The position numbers and the translations under genes are program-made. From Thermoprotei archaeon (GTDB lineage Archaea > Thermoproteota > Thermoprotei > Thermoproteales > B15-G16): DNA of 64,000 bases. Positions 48,901 through 59,766 of the stretch are shown piece by piece. The stretch's first letter is position 1; each line of letters begins with the position of its first letter. The notes beneath the pieces are model-generated. The model searched no databases and was not told where the DNA came from. It saw only the letters and a list, made by a program, of their open reading frames with translations. Where the stretch lies: the NCBI GenBank assembly GCA_003649205.1, contig QMRC01000003.1, forward strand, positions 1 to 64,000, given 5' to 3'.

Positions 48901-50179
48901 AGACTACTTACCACTTGATTGCTTCAAGAGAAGAGTAGTTATTGAGAGAATTAGGTCTGTCTTCGAGAGATTCGGTTATGGAGAAGTACTTACACCAGCA
49001 TTTGAGCATCTAGAGCTATTAGAGGCAAAAGCTGGTTCAGAGGTTAGGGAGCAAATTTACTGGTTTGAGGATAAGGCAGGTAGGAAGCTAGGTCTTAGAT
49101 TCGAGATGACTACACCAATAGCTAGGATTGTCGCTACAATGCCACACTTACCTAAGCCAATTAGGTTCTACTACATAGCACCTGTCTGGAGGTATGAAGA
49201 ACCTCAACTAGGTAGATTGAGGGAGTTCTGGCAAGCAGGTATCGAACTCATTGGTTCACCACATGTGGAAGCTGATGCTGAGGTAATAGCTGTTACCTGG
49301 TACTCACTTCGTGATGTAGGTCTTGAGGATGAGCGTATTGAGGTTAGGTTCAGTAGTAGAGCACTAGCTGATAGAATAAGCGATGCACTCAACATACCTA
49401 GAGAGCTACGTGAAGACTTCTATAGGTACATAGATAAGTACCACAGGTACGGTATTGAGTATGTTGTTAAGGGTTTAGAGTCGTTGGGTATTTCTAGAGA
49501 GAACATTGAGAAGGTTCGTGAATTATTGATGATAGAGGGTAGTAATGAGGAGAAAATTGAGCTTCTCGATAAGCTCTTTGGATCTACTATTCGAACTGAG
49601 TTAGAGAAAATTAGTACATTACTTGATTTATTGAAGTCGTACAATGTGAAGAATGTAGTGTTGGACTTAAGCATTGTAAGGGGGTTAGCTTACTACACAG
49701 GAACAGTATTTGAAGTCTACGTGAAGGGACAGGAGGATGTAGGTAGTATTGCAGGTGGTGGTAGGTACGACGACCTTATAGAGCTTGTTGGAGGTTCAAA
49801 CCTACCTGCGACAGGTATGGCCATTGGTATTGAGAGATTAATTGAGGTTCTCGAAAGGTTAGGTAAGTTACCAACAGATTATCCAAGACCTGTAGCTGCT
49901 GTAGTTACTCCTAAGATGGATCTGTACTCAAGATGTCTTGAGATAGCGAATCTCCTTAGACAACATGGTATACCCTGTATAGTTGACGTGATGAGGAGAA
50001 GTCTTAGGGCAAATCTCGAGTACGCAGTCAAGATCGGAGCTAAGTTTCTAGTAATAGTTGGTGAGAAGGAGCTTAAGCTAGGTAAAGTAGCTGTAAAGAA
50101 CCTTACAACAGGAAAACAGATGGAAGTAAGTATACATGAACTCCCTACCTTCCTAAAGAGGGATAACGTAGTGCTATAG
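48863..50179 (+). CDS. hisS: Histidine--tRNA ligase
   Basis: PRGTRD, LRFEMT, WRYEEPQ.GR.REF.Q, RGLAYYTG, GGGRYD. Confidence 0.96.
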   Translation: MVDTRLQRPRGTRDYLPLDCFKRRVVIERIRSVFERFGYGEVLTPAFEHLELLEAKAGSEVREQIYWFEDKAGRKLGLRFEMTTPIARIVATMPHLPKPIRFYYIAPVWRYEEPQLGRLREFWQAGIELIGSPHVEADAEVIAVTWYSLRDVGLEDERIEVRFSSRALADRISDALNIPRELREDFYRYIDKYHRYGIEYVVKGLESLGISRENIEKVRELLMIEGSNEEKIELLDKLFGSTIRTELEKISTLLDLLKSYNVKNVVLDLSIVRGLAYYTGTVFEVYVKGQEDVGSIAGGGRYDDLIELVGGSNLPATGMAIGIERLIEVLERLGKLPTDYPRPVAAVVTPKMDLYSRCLEIANLLRQHGIPCIVDVMRRSLRANLEYAVKIGAKFLVIVGEKELKLGKVAVKNLTTGKQMEVSIHELPTFLKRDNVVL

Positions 50180-50196
50180 CTACACACTAAGCCCAC

Positions 50197-50511
50197 TCAC
50201 ACCTCCTCACTAAATCCTTCTTCACCGGTAAAGACTTCATAGGGATTCACATAACCATAACCTGGCACCACACCTAAGACATCACTTATTCTACCCCTCT
50301 CAACCATCTCCCTATACAATCTCCAAATTCGCTTAGCAGAAACCAACCCAGTAAAGAAACCCTTTTCCTCAAGTTTCTTCTTTACCTCATCAACAAAATC
50401 AAGTGGTGAAATCCAGGGTTTACTAGATAGCACCTCAACAATTACCTCAGCTATATCCTCGTTATGAGGATAAGCTCTTCTCCACCTACCTCCCTTCTTC
50501 CTACTACCCAT
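50197..50511 (-). CDS. Conserved hypothetical crenarchaeal protein
   Basis: KRIWRLYREMVERGRISDVLGVV winged-helix-like pattern. Confidence 0.7.
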   Translation of the reverse strand: MGSRKKGGRWRRAYPHNEDIAEVIVEVLSSKPWISPLDFVDEVKKKLEEKGFFTGLVSAKRIWRLYREMVERGRISDVLGVVPGYGYVNPYEVFTGEEGFSEEV

Positions 50512-50703
50512 GACGTATCACAAGGTACTAAACTATAAGGATCTTATAAGGATAGCTCACAGCTAAAGTAAAGGTAGCATCAAATCACACATACATAGGT
50601 GCACGAGGATAGATTTTTTACTCCTCCATCTCTTCCACATAGTGAGATTACCAATAGGTTACTAACACCACATCTCAGTACAGCAGCTGTAGATGTGATG
50701 TAG

Positions 50704-51222
50704 ATGAGTAATACAGAAGTAGCTCATGAATACGTACCATGGAGGTGGGTAAAGTACTGGCACTGTGTTAGGTGCGGTAAGTGCTGTATAAAGTTTCTAG
50801 TACCACTCTACCCCCATGAAGCACTCTACTACATCATGAAGTACGGTCCTGTAGTTGAGGAAAGAAATGGTAAATTCTACCTAAGATCCAAACCAGATGG
50901 CTCATGTGTATTTCTTGAGAGAACTCCTCTAGGTTACCGCTGTAGTATATACCTTGAACGTCCAATAGTGTGTAGGTGCTATCCATTCTACGTGACGGAT
51001 AAGCCACTTGGTGTAGTAGATTCCCGTGATGAGGATGCCGTATACGTGTACCGTAGTCCACTTGGTAAGTCAATTAAGGTTTACGTCTATATTGATAAGG
51101 TGTGCAGTGGTATTGGTCGTGGTATCCCTCTTGAAATCATTATACCGAAGATCGTCTCTGAGTGGATTACAGTTCTAAGACTCTATAGGATACATAGAGA
51201 TTTGAGACTCTACTCCACCTAA
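50704..51222 (+). CDS. YkgJ family cysteine-cluster protein
   Basis: CVRCGKCC, CVFL, CSIY..RP..CR.YPF. Confidence 0.85.
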   Translation: MSNTEVAHEYVPWRWVKYWHCVRCGKCCIKFLVPLYPHEALYYIMKYGPVVEERNGKFYLRSKPDGSCVFLERTPLGYRCSIYLERPIVCRCYPFYVTDKPLGVVDSRDEDAVYVYRSPLGKSIKVYVYIDKVCSGIGRGIPLEIIIPKIVSEWITVLRLYRIHRDLRLYST

Positions 51223-51573
51223 TTCCTTAAGTGCTCTCTTCAGTAAGGTCCATAGTCGTCTAGACTTCTTCCTTAGGACAGCAGTCGGTAGTTTTCCATA
51301 GATCTCGGTGATGAGATTGTCAAGCTCAGTAGGATTAATGTACTTCACATTTCTGTATTCGACAATGCACAATCCTCTAGAACTAGCTTCGATGCAAAAC
51401 CTTATGGAAGTGGGTAAGCCTCTAACTATAGTACTCACCTCATCGACTATAATGAACTTACGAGTACTAGGTAGTAGCTCTCTGAGTACGGTATGGTCTA
51501 TAGTGAGTAGTGCTCTGTAGGTGGATAGTATCTTACTGATGTATGTATGACGTCTATCTAGGTGGTGGTTCAT
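51175..51573 (-). CDS. Hypothetical protein
   Basis: Overlaps the upstream GTPase stop; no motif. Confidence 0.5.
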   Translation of the reverse strand: MNHHLDRRHTYISKILSTYRALLTIDHTVLRELLPSTRKFIIVDEVSTIVRGLPTSIRFCIEASSRGLCIVEYRNVKYINPTELDNLITEIYGKLPTAVLRKKSRRLWTLLKRALKELGGVESQISMYPIES

Positions 51574-52336
51574 AGTAGTACACTAGTTTACCTCTCTGCC
51601 AATCCCTAATTAAACTCCTTGCAGCTTCCTCAAGATTTAGTTTACCACCCTTAAGGAGGAAGCCTCTTCTCCTTGCATAGTTCTCCAGTATCTCCATGGG
51701 TTCACTACCTTCAACTCCTAGACAAGTCTTAAATGCATCTGGTGTGTACTTCAGTACCTTACCTATTAGCTCAAGTGCTATGGGGACAGGATCGTCTATC
51801 TCCTCAGGTGGTACCATGCACCTCAACACGACATCAGCATTCTCTGATGGTATTGGTACGACACCTGGGGTATCGATTACTATTAGCCACGTGTGTATGC
51901 GAACAATCTGCTCACCTCTAGTCCAGCCAGGTACAGGTGATGTTGGTGCTGAGTACCTACCCTTGAGTACATTTATTATTGTTGACTTACCGACATTTGG
52001 GTACCCAACAATAGCTACCTTAACAGGTAATCTAGGTGCAACAGCCTTAATAGCTATCCTGAGCTTACGTGTACCTTTCCTCTCCTTAGCGCTGATGTAC
52101 ACGGTAGGGTGCTCCTGACTAAGATATTCCTTCCACTTCTCAACTACGTCACGAGGTATTAGATCTGCCTTATTGATCACTATGATTAGTTGCTTACCCA
52201 ATCTACGAACAGTATTCTCAACTTCTCTACACCTAGTAACCTCAGGATCTCTAGCATCAACTACCTCAAGAACGACATCCGCATCATCGATAACCCTCCT
52301 AACTCTCCTCCAGTACTCCCTAGCTGTTGCGCTCAT
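51554..52336 (-). CDS. Circularly permuted GTPase (YlqF/RbgA family)
   Basis: DARDP, NKADL (G4) before GYPNVGKS (G1), DTPG. Confidence 0.92.
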   Translation of the reverse strand: MSATAREYWRRVRRVIDDADVVLEVVDARDPEVTRCREVENTVRRLGKQLIIVINKADLIPRDVVEKWKEYLSQEHPTVYISAKERKGTRKLRIAIKAVAPRLPVKVAIVGYPNVGKSTIINVLKGRYSAPTSPVPGWTRGEQIVRIHTWLIVIDTPGVVPIPSENADVVLRCMVPPEEIDDPVPIALELIGKVLKYTPDAFKTCLGVEGSEPMEILENYARRRGFLLKGGKLNLEEAARSLIRDWQRGKLVYYYEPPPR

Positions 52337-52815
52337 ACTAAACCCCTACTCCTCACATAATCCCTCAAACAGAACCTCAACCTAGTTAAGTACTTCTTCG
52401 TAATCCTCCTTCTCGTTCTCACCAACGCAATATACCTACCACCTTCATCAACAGAAACAGCAATAACTCTTTCCCTACCAAGATCGAGAACGAAGTCCCT
52501 AGCAGTAACATCGAATTCTCTCACAGCTGTGTACAGCATGTAGAGAGAACTCGCTTCTCTACCTACATCACCGTGCGTGAGAGCCTCGATGACGCTACCT
52601 TCGTAGTTCAGTATGAACACTGCATCCAGACCGTAGGTATGAGCTATCGAGTATAGATCAGCACCGTAGGGTACTAGACTCGGGATCAACTTTTCAAGTA
52701 TATTGAGTACATGCCTCCTCAACTGCTTCACTATCACCAGCACTAGAACTACCACTACGATAGTAATTACTAGCATAGGTAGCAAGTAGTTCCCCAGTGA
52801 GATTACACACATCAC
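52333..52815 (-). CDS. TM-anchored roadblock-like protein
   Basis: N-terminal TM; AVFILNYEGSVIEA beta pattern. Confidence 0.5.
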   Translation of the reverse strand: MMCVISLGNYLLPMLVITIVVVVLVLVIVKQLRRHVLNILEKLIPSLVPYGADLYSIAHTYGLDAVFILNYEGSVIEALTHGDVGREASSLYMLYTAVREFDVTARDFVLDLGRERVIAVSVDEGGRYIALVRTRRRITKKYLTRLRFCLRDYVRSRGLV

Positions 52816-52859
52816 TTTATTACCCTCTCTCCCTAATCACAAGACATGAGGTAGACACA

Positions 52860-54032
52860 ATGGTAACAAACCTACCAGCTGAAGCCAAGGCGAAGTGGAT
52901 TAAGGTGATGGAAGCTAGGACTCCAGAGGAGAAGATTAAGGCACTTCAGGAGTTCCTATCTTCAGTCCCTAAGCACAAGGGTACTGAGAAGTTGATTTCA
53001 TTTGTTAGACGTAGGATTGCTGAATTAAAGAGAGAGATTGAGCTTAGGGAGAGAGTTAGGAAAGCTGCTGGTGCTAAGAGAGTTAAGGTATACGTGGGTA
53101 AGGAGGGTGATGTTCAGTTAGCTCTACTTGGGTTAGCTAACTCAGGTAAGAGCGCTCTTCTCCGTGCTCTCACCAATGCTAAGGTTGAGGTTAGCGATGT
53201 ACCCTACACTACGAAGTTACCTGTACCTGGTATGTTTATTTTTGAGAACATGTACTTCCAACTAGTTGAAGCACCATCAATAGTACCTGGCGGTGAGAGT
53301 ACACTAACTACTTTAGCTATGTCAATTGCTAGGAATGCCGATGGTTTAATACTTGTTGTTGATCTGAGTAGTGATCCATTAAGACAGTTCGAGATCCTTA
53401 GAAGTGAGCTTGAGAGAGCACATATCTTGATTAATAAGCCGAGAGCTATCGTCGAGATTGAGAGGAGAGTTAGTGGTGGTATTCAGGTTGTCGGTAAGTT
53501 AGTTGGCTGTACAGTAGATGATGTAAGGAAGTTACTTAGTGAGTACAGGATACATCATGCACTTGTTAGGATAATTGGTGAAGCTACTCTAGACGACATT
53601 GAGAGAGCTATATTTGAGGAGTACGTCTACAAGCCAGCGATAGTCATTGGGACTAAGCTCGATGTAGCTGATGAGGTTACAGTTAGGGAATTCACTAAGG
53701 TAGTTGGTGAGAGGTATCCAGTGCTCACGGTCTCTAGCTTGACAGGTAAGGGACTGGATAGAGGGCTCATAGCTAAGACCATACTCACTACGCTCAATTT
53801 AATTAGAGTGTACACGAAGAGTCCATACCGTGATGCACCTGATGAGAAACCTCTACTAATAAAGGCTGGTTCAACAGTGATAGATGTTGCTGAGAGAATT
53901 CACAGGAAATTAGCTGAGAACTTTAAGTACGCGAAGATAATTAGATTTGAAGGTAGTAGAAAGAGAGTACTTAGAGTTGGTAAGGATTATGTTCTTCAAG
54001 ATCGTGATATTGTTGAGATTCACACTGGATGA
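52860..54032 (+). CDS. DRG/OBG family GTPase with TGS domain
   Basis: MVTNLP, PKHKGTE, GLANSGKS, PYTT, C-terminal TGS (IH...FKYA...DRDIVEIH). Confidence 0.9.
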   Translation: MVTNLPAEAKAKWIKVMEARTPEEKIKALQEFLSSVPKHKGTEKLISFVRRRIAELKREIELRERVRKAAGAKRVKVYVGKEGDVQLALLGLANSGKSALLRALTNAKVEVSDVPYTTKLPVPGMFIFENMYFQLVEAPSIVPGGESTLTTLAMSIARNADGLILVVDLSSDPLRQFEILRSELERAHILINKPRAIVEIERRVSGGIQVVGKLVGCTVDDVRKLLSEYRIHHALVRIIGEATLDDIERAIFEEYVYKPAIVIGTKLDVADEVTVREFTKVVGERYPVLTVSSLTGKGLDRGLIAKTILTTLNLIRVYTKSPYRDAPDEKPLLIKAGSTVIDVAERIHRKLAENFKYAKIIRFEGSRKRVLRVGKDYVLQDRDIVEIHTG

Positions 54033-54607
54033 TAGCTATGTCTGGTGTGAGAGAGGTTAAGATAACTGAGGATGGGTATAGGTTGCTGAAGGTTATTAAG
54101 GAGGTAGCTGGTTTAAGAAGTGAGGGTGAAGCTCTAGAATACGTGATTAAGAGATTCCTAGAGCAGAGTGAGGTGTTGAGGGAGATTCTGAGCAGACTAG
54201 ATGTTATTGAGGGAGAGATCGAGGTCTTGAAAGGTAAACTAGATGAACTTCGTGAACTATTAGAGGTTAGGGAGCGAAGAAGAGTGAAGAAAGAAGTGAG
54301 AAAGTACTATGAGGATCTTGTCCAGTACATTGAGAGTAGGGTTTACGTATTCCCATCAGAAATCAAGGCTAAGAAGAAGCTCCAGAGGTTAATTGAGGAG
54401 GGTGCATTAGTTCATTTACGTGATGAAGGTCTTAATGTAGAGGTCGTAACGACAAAAAACGTTATTGAAAGAATACTAGCGAAGCTACCGCTCAAGGTAA
54501 CTGACGTAGATAAGGTACTTACTGAGCGTGAACAGCAGCTCTTTGTATTACTAAATAGGCTAGGTTACGTACTGAAGAGAGGTGACATCTACGTTAGAGC
54601 TAGCTAA
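54029..54607 (+). CDS. Coiled-coil hypothetical protein
   Basis: N-terminal RHH-like segment and a heptad region. Confidence 0.65.
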   Translation: MIAMSGVREVKITEDGYRLLKVIKEVAGLRSEGEALEYVIKRFLEQSEVLREILSRLDVIEGEIEVLKGKLDELRELLEVRERRRVKKEVRKYYEDLVQYIESRVYVFPSEIKAKKKLQRLIEEGALVHLRDEGLNVEVVTTKNVIERILAKLPLKVTDVDKVLTEREQQLFVLLNRLGYVLKRGDIYVRAS

Positions 54608-55377
54608 GCTGTGTGTGCTGTTACTTCAAGAGGTGCTAGTACTCGCTTCAATCTCTCAACTAGGTCCATAGCGACTCTACTAACTCTCTCTGGATTAGCT
54701 ACGTACACGGTAATCCTCATGTAACACTCTTCCTCTGATAAGTCGGACAACACTATCTCAGGTGGTTTACTCTTATCGATCTCACCATATTTCTCTAGAA
54801 ATGACCTAATCTTATCCTCAATCTCCTTCACATTAACTCTACCCCTACCTCTTATTCTCAACATTATACATATCCTGTATAGACCACGATAAATCATTAT
54901 TGGGGTTCTCAAGAGGTCGTAATTTGGTATCCTAACTATGTGACCTTCATCAGTTCGAATCTCAGTGTACATAGGGGTTATCCTAATTACCCTACCCCTG
55001 ATGTCGCTCTCTCTCAGGTGAACAACATCCCTTGTTGACACAACTCTAGATAGGACTATCACGTAGTAAGATATGTAATTAGCTATGACATCTCTAATGG
55101 ATATCAAAGCTACTGCAAATAGTATTAACACACCATAGGCTATGTACTGTGAAACCCGTACAAGTAGTATTGAGATTATTGCCATGATGAGTATTATGGT
55201 TACGAATAGATTGAGTACGTTCCTAAGTTCATCAGCTGTTGAAGGTAGTATAACATCTTTCCTTTCTAACCTAGTAATGAGTTTACCTAGACCGATTCTG
55301 ATGATTAGCACCGTGATTATCACAACAAGTAAACTAATTCCCTGCTCTTTAGTTATGAAAGCAAGCTCAAACACCAT
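54604..55377 (-). CDS. mscS: Small-conductance mechanosensitive channel
   Basis: 3 TM helices, RDVIANYIS, GRV..I...T.IRT..G..V.IPN. Confidence 0.85.
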   Translation of the reverse strand: MVFELAFITKEQGISLLVVIITVLIIRIGLGKLITRLERKDVILPSTADELRNVLNLFVTIILIMAIISILLVRVSQYIAYGVLILFAVALISIRDVIANYISYYVIVLSRVVSTRDVVHLRESDIRGRVIRITPMYTEIRTDEGHIVRIPNYDLLRTPIMIYRGLYRICIMLRIRGRGRVNVKEIEDKIRSFLEKYGEIDKSKPPEIVLSDLSEEECYMRITVYVANPERVSRVAMDLVERLKRVLAPLEVTAHTA

Positions 55378-55391
55378 CCAAAACCCTCTAC

Positions 55392-56048
55392 CTACTTAAA
55401 CGTCTCCCTAAACTGCTTGACATGGTCCTTATGTACTAGAGCTATGATTACAGAGCCAGGCTTAATCGTGATATCCTGATCAGGGAGAACGAGCTTTTCA
55501 CCATCAAAAACAGCCAATATCCTACTCATGGATGGTAGAGGTAACTCACTCAATCTCTTACCAACGCTAGTGTCATCCTCCTCAATCTGAAGAGCAACCA
55601 ACCTATAGTCTGAGCCCATTGCTTCAAGAAGCTCAGTAACAGTTCTCCTACCTTCTACACGTGCCTCTAAGAGTGCGGCAATAGTCTTGGAAAAACCGAG
55701 ACACTCAATACCTAACCTCATGAGTATTCTCTCAATCTTCTCATTATTGACCAAGGTAATAACCCTATCTGCCCCCAAGTTCTTAGCTATGACAGATAAC
55801 ATCAGGTTTACTTCATCACTACCAGTAGCTATGACAACGACATCCATACGCTTAAACTCTATACCCTGACGCTCAAGAAAATCCAAATCCGTGTAGTCAC
55901 CTGTAACTACCAATACATCAGAAGTAGCAGCAACCTCTTCACATATGCTAGCATCTCTACCAACCAGGATAACGGAATGACCTTTCTGAGCTAGCTTCTT
56001 GGCTAGCTCAGCCGTTATCTCATTGGCTCCAACAATTAAGATATTCAT
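55392..56048 (-). CDS. trkA: TrkA family K+ transport regulator
   Basis: Rossmann-type N-terminus, GD.T, ATGSDEVN, TrkA-C domain. Confidence 0.85.
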   Translation of the reverse strand: MNILIVGANEITAELAKKLAQKGHSVILVGRDASICEEVAATSDVLVVTGDYTDLDFLERQGIEFKRMDVVVIATGSDEVNLMLSVIAKNLGADRVITLVNNEKIERILMRLGIECLGFSKTIAALLEARVEGRRTVTELLEAMGSDYRLVALQIEEDDTSVGKRLSELPLPSMSRILAVFDGEKLVLPDQDITIKPGSVIIALVHKDHVKQFRETFK

Positions 56049-56125
56049 GACTAAAGTCCCTTACCCAGAAGCACCTCAATACCTGTACTTTAAACTTTTT
56101 TCTTATACCTCATAACTACGACGAG

Positions 56126-57196
56126 TTGAAAGGAGAGATGCTCATGAAGTTAGTACTCAGACGAGAGAGAGTGCTAGGTCTGGTCATAGGTATCACAGTG
56201 AACGTAATTACGGTAATAGTGCTTTGGCATCTTGGAATAATTGATCTCTCTCACGTACCTAAGCTAAGCATTAGCTACCTAATACTAGCGTACATGGCAC
56301 TGCTCACACACTGGATACTAATAGCTTTAAGAGCAAGAATCCTAGTAAAGACCTTGGGATCACATATCACACTTCTCAACGCGCTCAAAGTCAATCTATC
56401 ATCCCTATACCTATCACTAATAACACCAACATACTTCGGTGGTGAACCACTCAGAGTGTATCTCTACTCAAGGTATGGGGGTATCAGCTATGGAGAAGCA
56501 GTGACAGTAGCTATGTGGGAGATAATCCTAGACACCACAGGACTATGCATACTATCGCTACTAGCTTTCACGTACCTGAGGTCGTTTTTCAGTATCAGTA
56601 GCTTCTTCATGCTACTCACACTCCTCGTCTTTGTTACACCTACAGCACTCCTCTACCTAACTGTGTATAGACTACTCAATGAGAAAACAATGCATAAAAT
56701 CATAGGAGTAGTGAGGAAACTAGCTGAGAAAGTAGCTAATACACAGGTACTGAAGAATAGACTCAACAATAACGACATACAGAAAGTCATGAGTAAAGTA
56801 GAACTCGAGCTAGATAGCTGGTGCAAGAGCTTAAGAAGCCTACTCCAGTGCGGCGCAAAAGTACTAACTATCTTGATGGTATTGACAATTGCTCACTGGA
56901 TAAATCTCTTCACAGTTGCCTACTTCCTAATATCTGGACTGGACCCTAGCTTCGACTTCATACTAAATACCTGTCTCCAAGTACTACTACATGCAGTGCT
57001 CGCCATACCAATACTACCCGGTGGTAGCGGTCTCTTTGATATAAGCTTCGTAGTCCTCTACTCCATGTGGTTAGGTAGGGAGGTAGTTGGTTCACTTCTA
57101 GTTTGGTGGAGAATCATAACCTACTATACACCACTCGTACTATCTGGATTCTTCTTTGTTAAGGTACTTGCTGAGGTAGGTACACGGAAGGGATAA
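56126..57196 (+). CDS. UPF0104/LPG-synthase TM (flippase-like) membrane protein
   Basis: ITPTYFGGEPLR, PGGSG, WRIITYY. Confidence 0.85.
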   Translation: MKGEMLMKLVLRRERVLGLVIGITVNVITVIVLWHLGIIDLSHVPKLSISYLILAYMALLTHWILIALRARILVKTLGSHITLLNALKVNLSSLYLSLITPTYFGGEPLRVYLYSRYGGISYGEAVTVAMWEIILDTTGLCILSLLAFTYLRSFFSISSFFMLLTLLVFVTPTALLYLTVYRLLNEKTMHKIIGVVRKLAEKVANTQVLKNRLNNNDIQKVMSKVELELDSWCKSLRSLLQCGAKVLTILMVLTIAHWINLFTVAYFLISGLDPSFDFILNTCLQVLLHAVLAIPILPGGSGLFDISFVVLYSMWLGREVVGSLLVWWRIITYYTPLVLSGFFFVKVLAEVGTRKG

Positions 57197-57243
57197 AAGT
57201 GAGTAGGAGGTAGTTGTTACTGCAAGTAATTTGGTGATGTAGT

Positions 57244-57657
57244 ATGAGAGATGTTGAGACCTTCCTCAGGAATCTAGATGTTTGGGTTGAAGATCAGAAG
57301 AGAGTTCTTGAATTTATTAGGAGGTATAGGAGTAAGCTAGATAAGTGTGATAGATTGGACCTAATTCTCACCATAAGGTATGTCTGCAGTAGAATGCTTA
57401 AGACTATCAAGGGATTTGAGACTTGGCTTCAATCACCATTCATCGTAGGTCCCATGCCGCTTGAAGTTGTTAAGGAGGTTCAAGAGAGGTTGTCCAATAT
57501 AATGCTGAAGATTCTCGACCTAAGTATTGAGCACGTTAATGAGTACAGAAATCACCTAGTTAAGTTGCTTGAGAGTAGGGAAGAACTTCACCCTCTCTTT
57601 GAAGAGGAGGAAGAGGAGAGAGGAGAGACATCTAGAGAATCAAGGTATAGGATATAA
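57244..57657 (+). CDS. DUF2153 family protein
   Basis: WVEDQK, DRLDLI, KGFETWL..P.I...MP. Confidence 0.75.
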   Translation: MRDVETFLRNLDVWVEDQKRVLEFIRRYRSKLDKCDRLDLILTIRYVCSRMLKTIKGFETWLQSPFIVGPMPLEVVKEVQERLSNIMLKILDLSIEHVNEYRNHLVKLLESREELHPLFEEEEEERGETSRESRYRI

Positions 57658-57710
57658 CTTGTTAACTCCCTCTACGTACTTTATTGATGGAGTTCCTGAG
57701 GTGATTATTT

Positions 57711-58688
57711 TTGAGTAGAGTAAGGTTTGGTGAGTTATGGGTAGAGAAGTATAGGCCTAAGAGACTTGATGAGATGGTTGATCAGAGAGATGTTGTTGAG
57801 AGACTTAAGGAATTTGTCAAGGCTAAGTCAATGCCCCACTTACTATTCGTAGGTCCTCCAGGTTGTGGTAAGACAACTGCTGCACTATGTCTAGCGTATG
57901 AACTGTATGGAGATAAGGTAGAGGAGAATGTTTTAGAGCTCAACGCATCTGATGAGAGAGGTATAGCTATGATCCGTGAGAAGGTTAAGGAATTTGCTAG
58001 GATGATGTCTACAGTACCCGATGTACCGTTCAAGATGGTGATACTAGATGAGGCTGACAACATGACGTCTGAAGCTCAGCAAGCACTTAGAAGAATCATG
58101 GAGGAACACTCGAGAACTACTAGGTTCTGTCTCATAGCGAACTACCTATCTGGAATAATAGAGCCAATTCAATCTAGGTGTGCTGTCTTCAGATTCTCAC
58201 CACTACCAAAGGATGCTGTCTTCGAAAGACTAAGGTACATAGCTAAGTGCGAAGGTTTTCAAATAACTGATGAAGCTCTTGAAGCAATTTGGGACATCAC
58301 TGGTGGAGACATGAGAAAAGCAATAAATCTACTTCAAGCAGCAGCTGCACTTACGAGAGTAGTTGACGAAGCTACAGTATACCGTGTCGTAGGCAGGATC
58401 AGTGCTAAAGACTTGAGAAACGTAATCCAATTAGCTGTGGAAGGTAAGGTAGGTGAAGCAGCGATAAAGCTACTCAACTTAATGACTGAGCATGGCATTA
58501 GTGGCGTTGACCTAGCTAAGCTACTTCACAGAGAACTAATCAAATTAAACGTTCCTGAGTACATAAAACCAAAGCTAGCTGATCTCTGTGGTGAATTTCA
58601 CTATAGAGTTCTAGAGGGAAGTTCACCAGAACTACTTGTCCCATGGATTCTAGTGAAACTACATAATATCGTGAAGAGTTGTAAGTAG
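57711..58688 (+). CDS. rfcS: Replication factor C small subunit
   Basis: WVEKYRP, GPPGCGKT, ELNASDERG, LDEAD, QSRC. Confidence 0.95.
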   Translation: MSRVRFGELWVEKYRPKRLDEMVDQRDVVERLKEFVKAKSMPHLLFVGPPGCGKTTAALCLAYELYGDKVEENVLELNASDERGIAMIREKVKEFARMMSTVPDVPFKMVILDEADNMTSEAQQALRRIMEEHSRTTRFCLIANYLSGIIEPIQSRCAVFRFSPLPKDAVFERLRYIAKCEGFQITDEALEAIWDITGGDMRKAINLLQAAAALTRVVDEATVYRVVGRISAKDLRNVIQLAVEGKVGEAAIKLLNLMTEHGISGVDLAKLLHRELIKLNVPEYIKPKLADLCGEFHYRVLEGSSPELLVPWILVKLHNIVKSCK

Positions 58689-58781
58689 ATCTGCTGTGAG
58701 GCATTCAGTTAAGAAATAGTAAGGTTTATTAGGGGGTAGAACTAGGGGAGCGTGGTTAAGGGTTAATAAAGGTTACGAATT

Positions 58782-59756
58782 ATGAGCACCGAAATTACTT
58801 CTGGTAGGGGTTTGGAACGTAGGAAGGAGAACGTAAGTAGTGAAATTACTGAAGAGGTTAGGTGCCCAATCTGTGGTAGTACAAGGTTTGTTCAAGATTA
58901 CCAAAGAGGAGAGATAATTTGTGAGGTATGTGGTTACGTATTCACTGAGAGGATAGTTGATAGAGGACCAGAGTGGAGAGCATTTACACCAGAAGAGAGG
59001 GAGAAGAGGAGTAGAGTTGGTTCACCACTAACTAGATTGACACCAGATAGCTTAGTTACGATGATAGATTGGAAGGGTAAGGACTACACAGGTAGGGAGC
59101 TAAGTCTCAAGAGAAAGCTAGAGAGCTTGAGATGGAGGAAGTGGCAGATCAGAATTAGGATGCAGACATCCATTGAGAGAAATCTAGCACAGGCAGTTAA
59201 TGAGCTTCAGAGAATTGGTTCGCAGCTAGGATTACCGAGACACGTAATGGATCAGGCACTAGACATATACAGGCAAGCTCTTGAGAAGGGACTGGTTAGA
59301 GGTAGGTCTATTGAGTCAATAATGGCAGCAGCTATCTACGCAGCCTGTAGAATGTACAAGATACCAAGAACACTAGACGAGATAGCTAGATACACGAAGT
59401 CCGGTAGAAAGGATGTAGCTAGGTGCTACAGACTATTGCTTAGGGAGATAAACCTCAGAGTACCACTAGCAGATCCAATAGACTACGTACCTAGGATAGC
59501 TGAACAACTAAAGCTTAGTGGTATGTGCGTCAGGAAGGCTATTGAGATACTTAAGGAGGCCAAAAAGAGAGGGTTAACTGCAGGTAAGGATCCAGCGGGA
59601 TTAGCTGCAGCAGCAATCTACATTGCATCACTCCTCCTTGGAGAAGTGAGAACGCAGAAAGAAATTGCACAGGCAGCAAGAGTTACTGAGGTGACAGTTA
59701 GGAATAGGTATAAGGAATTGGCTAAGGAACTAGACATTAAGATACCGATGAAGTGA
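58782..59756 (+). CDS. tfb: Transcription initiation factor IIB
   Basis: CPICG zinc ribbon, GPEWRAF, two cyclin repeats, [13 protein letters not shown]. Confidence 0.96.
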   Translation: MSTEITSGRGLERRKENVSSEITEEVRCPICGSTRFVQDYQRGEIICEVCGYVFTERIVDRGPEWRAFTPEEREKRSRVGSPLTRLTPDSLVTMIDWKGKDYTGRELSLKRKLESLRWRKWQIRIRMQTSIERNLAQAVNELQRIGSQLGLPRHVMDQALDIYRQALEKGLVRGRSIESIMAAAIYAACRMYKIPRTLDEIARYTKSGRKDVARCYRLLLREINLRVPLADPIDYVPRIAEQLKLSGMCVRKAIEILKEAKKRGLTAGKDPAGLAAAAIYIASLLLGEVRTQKEIAQAARVTEVTVRNRYKELAKELDIKIPMK

Positions 59757-59766
59757 GGCTACGTAC

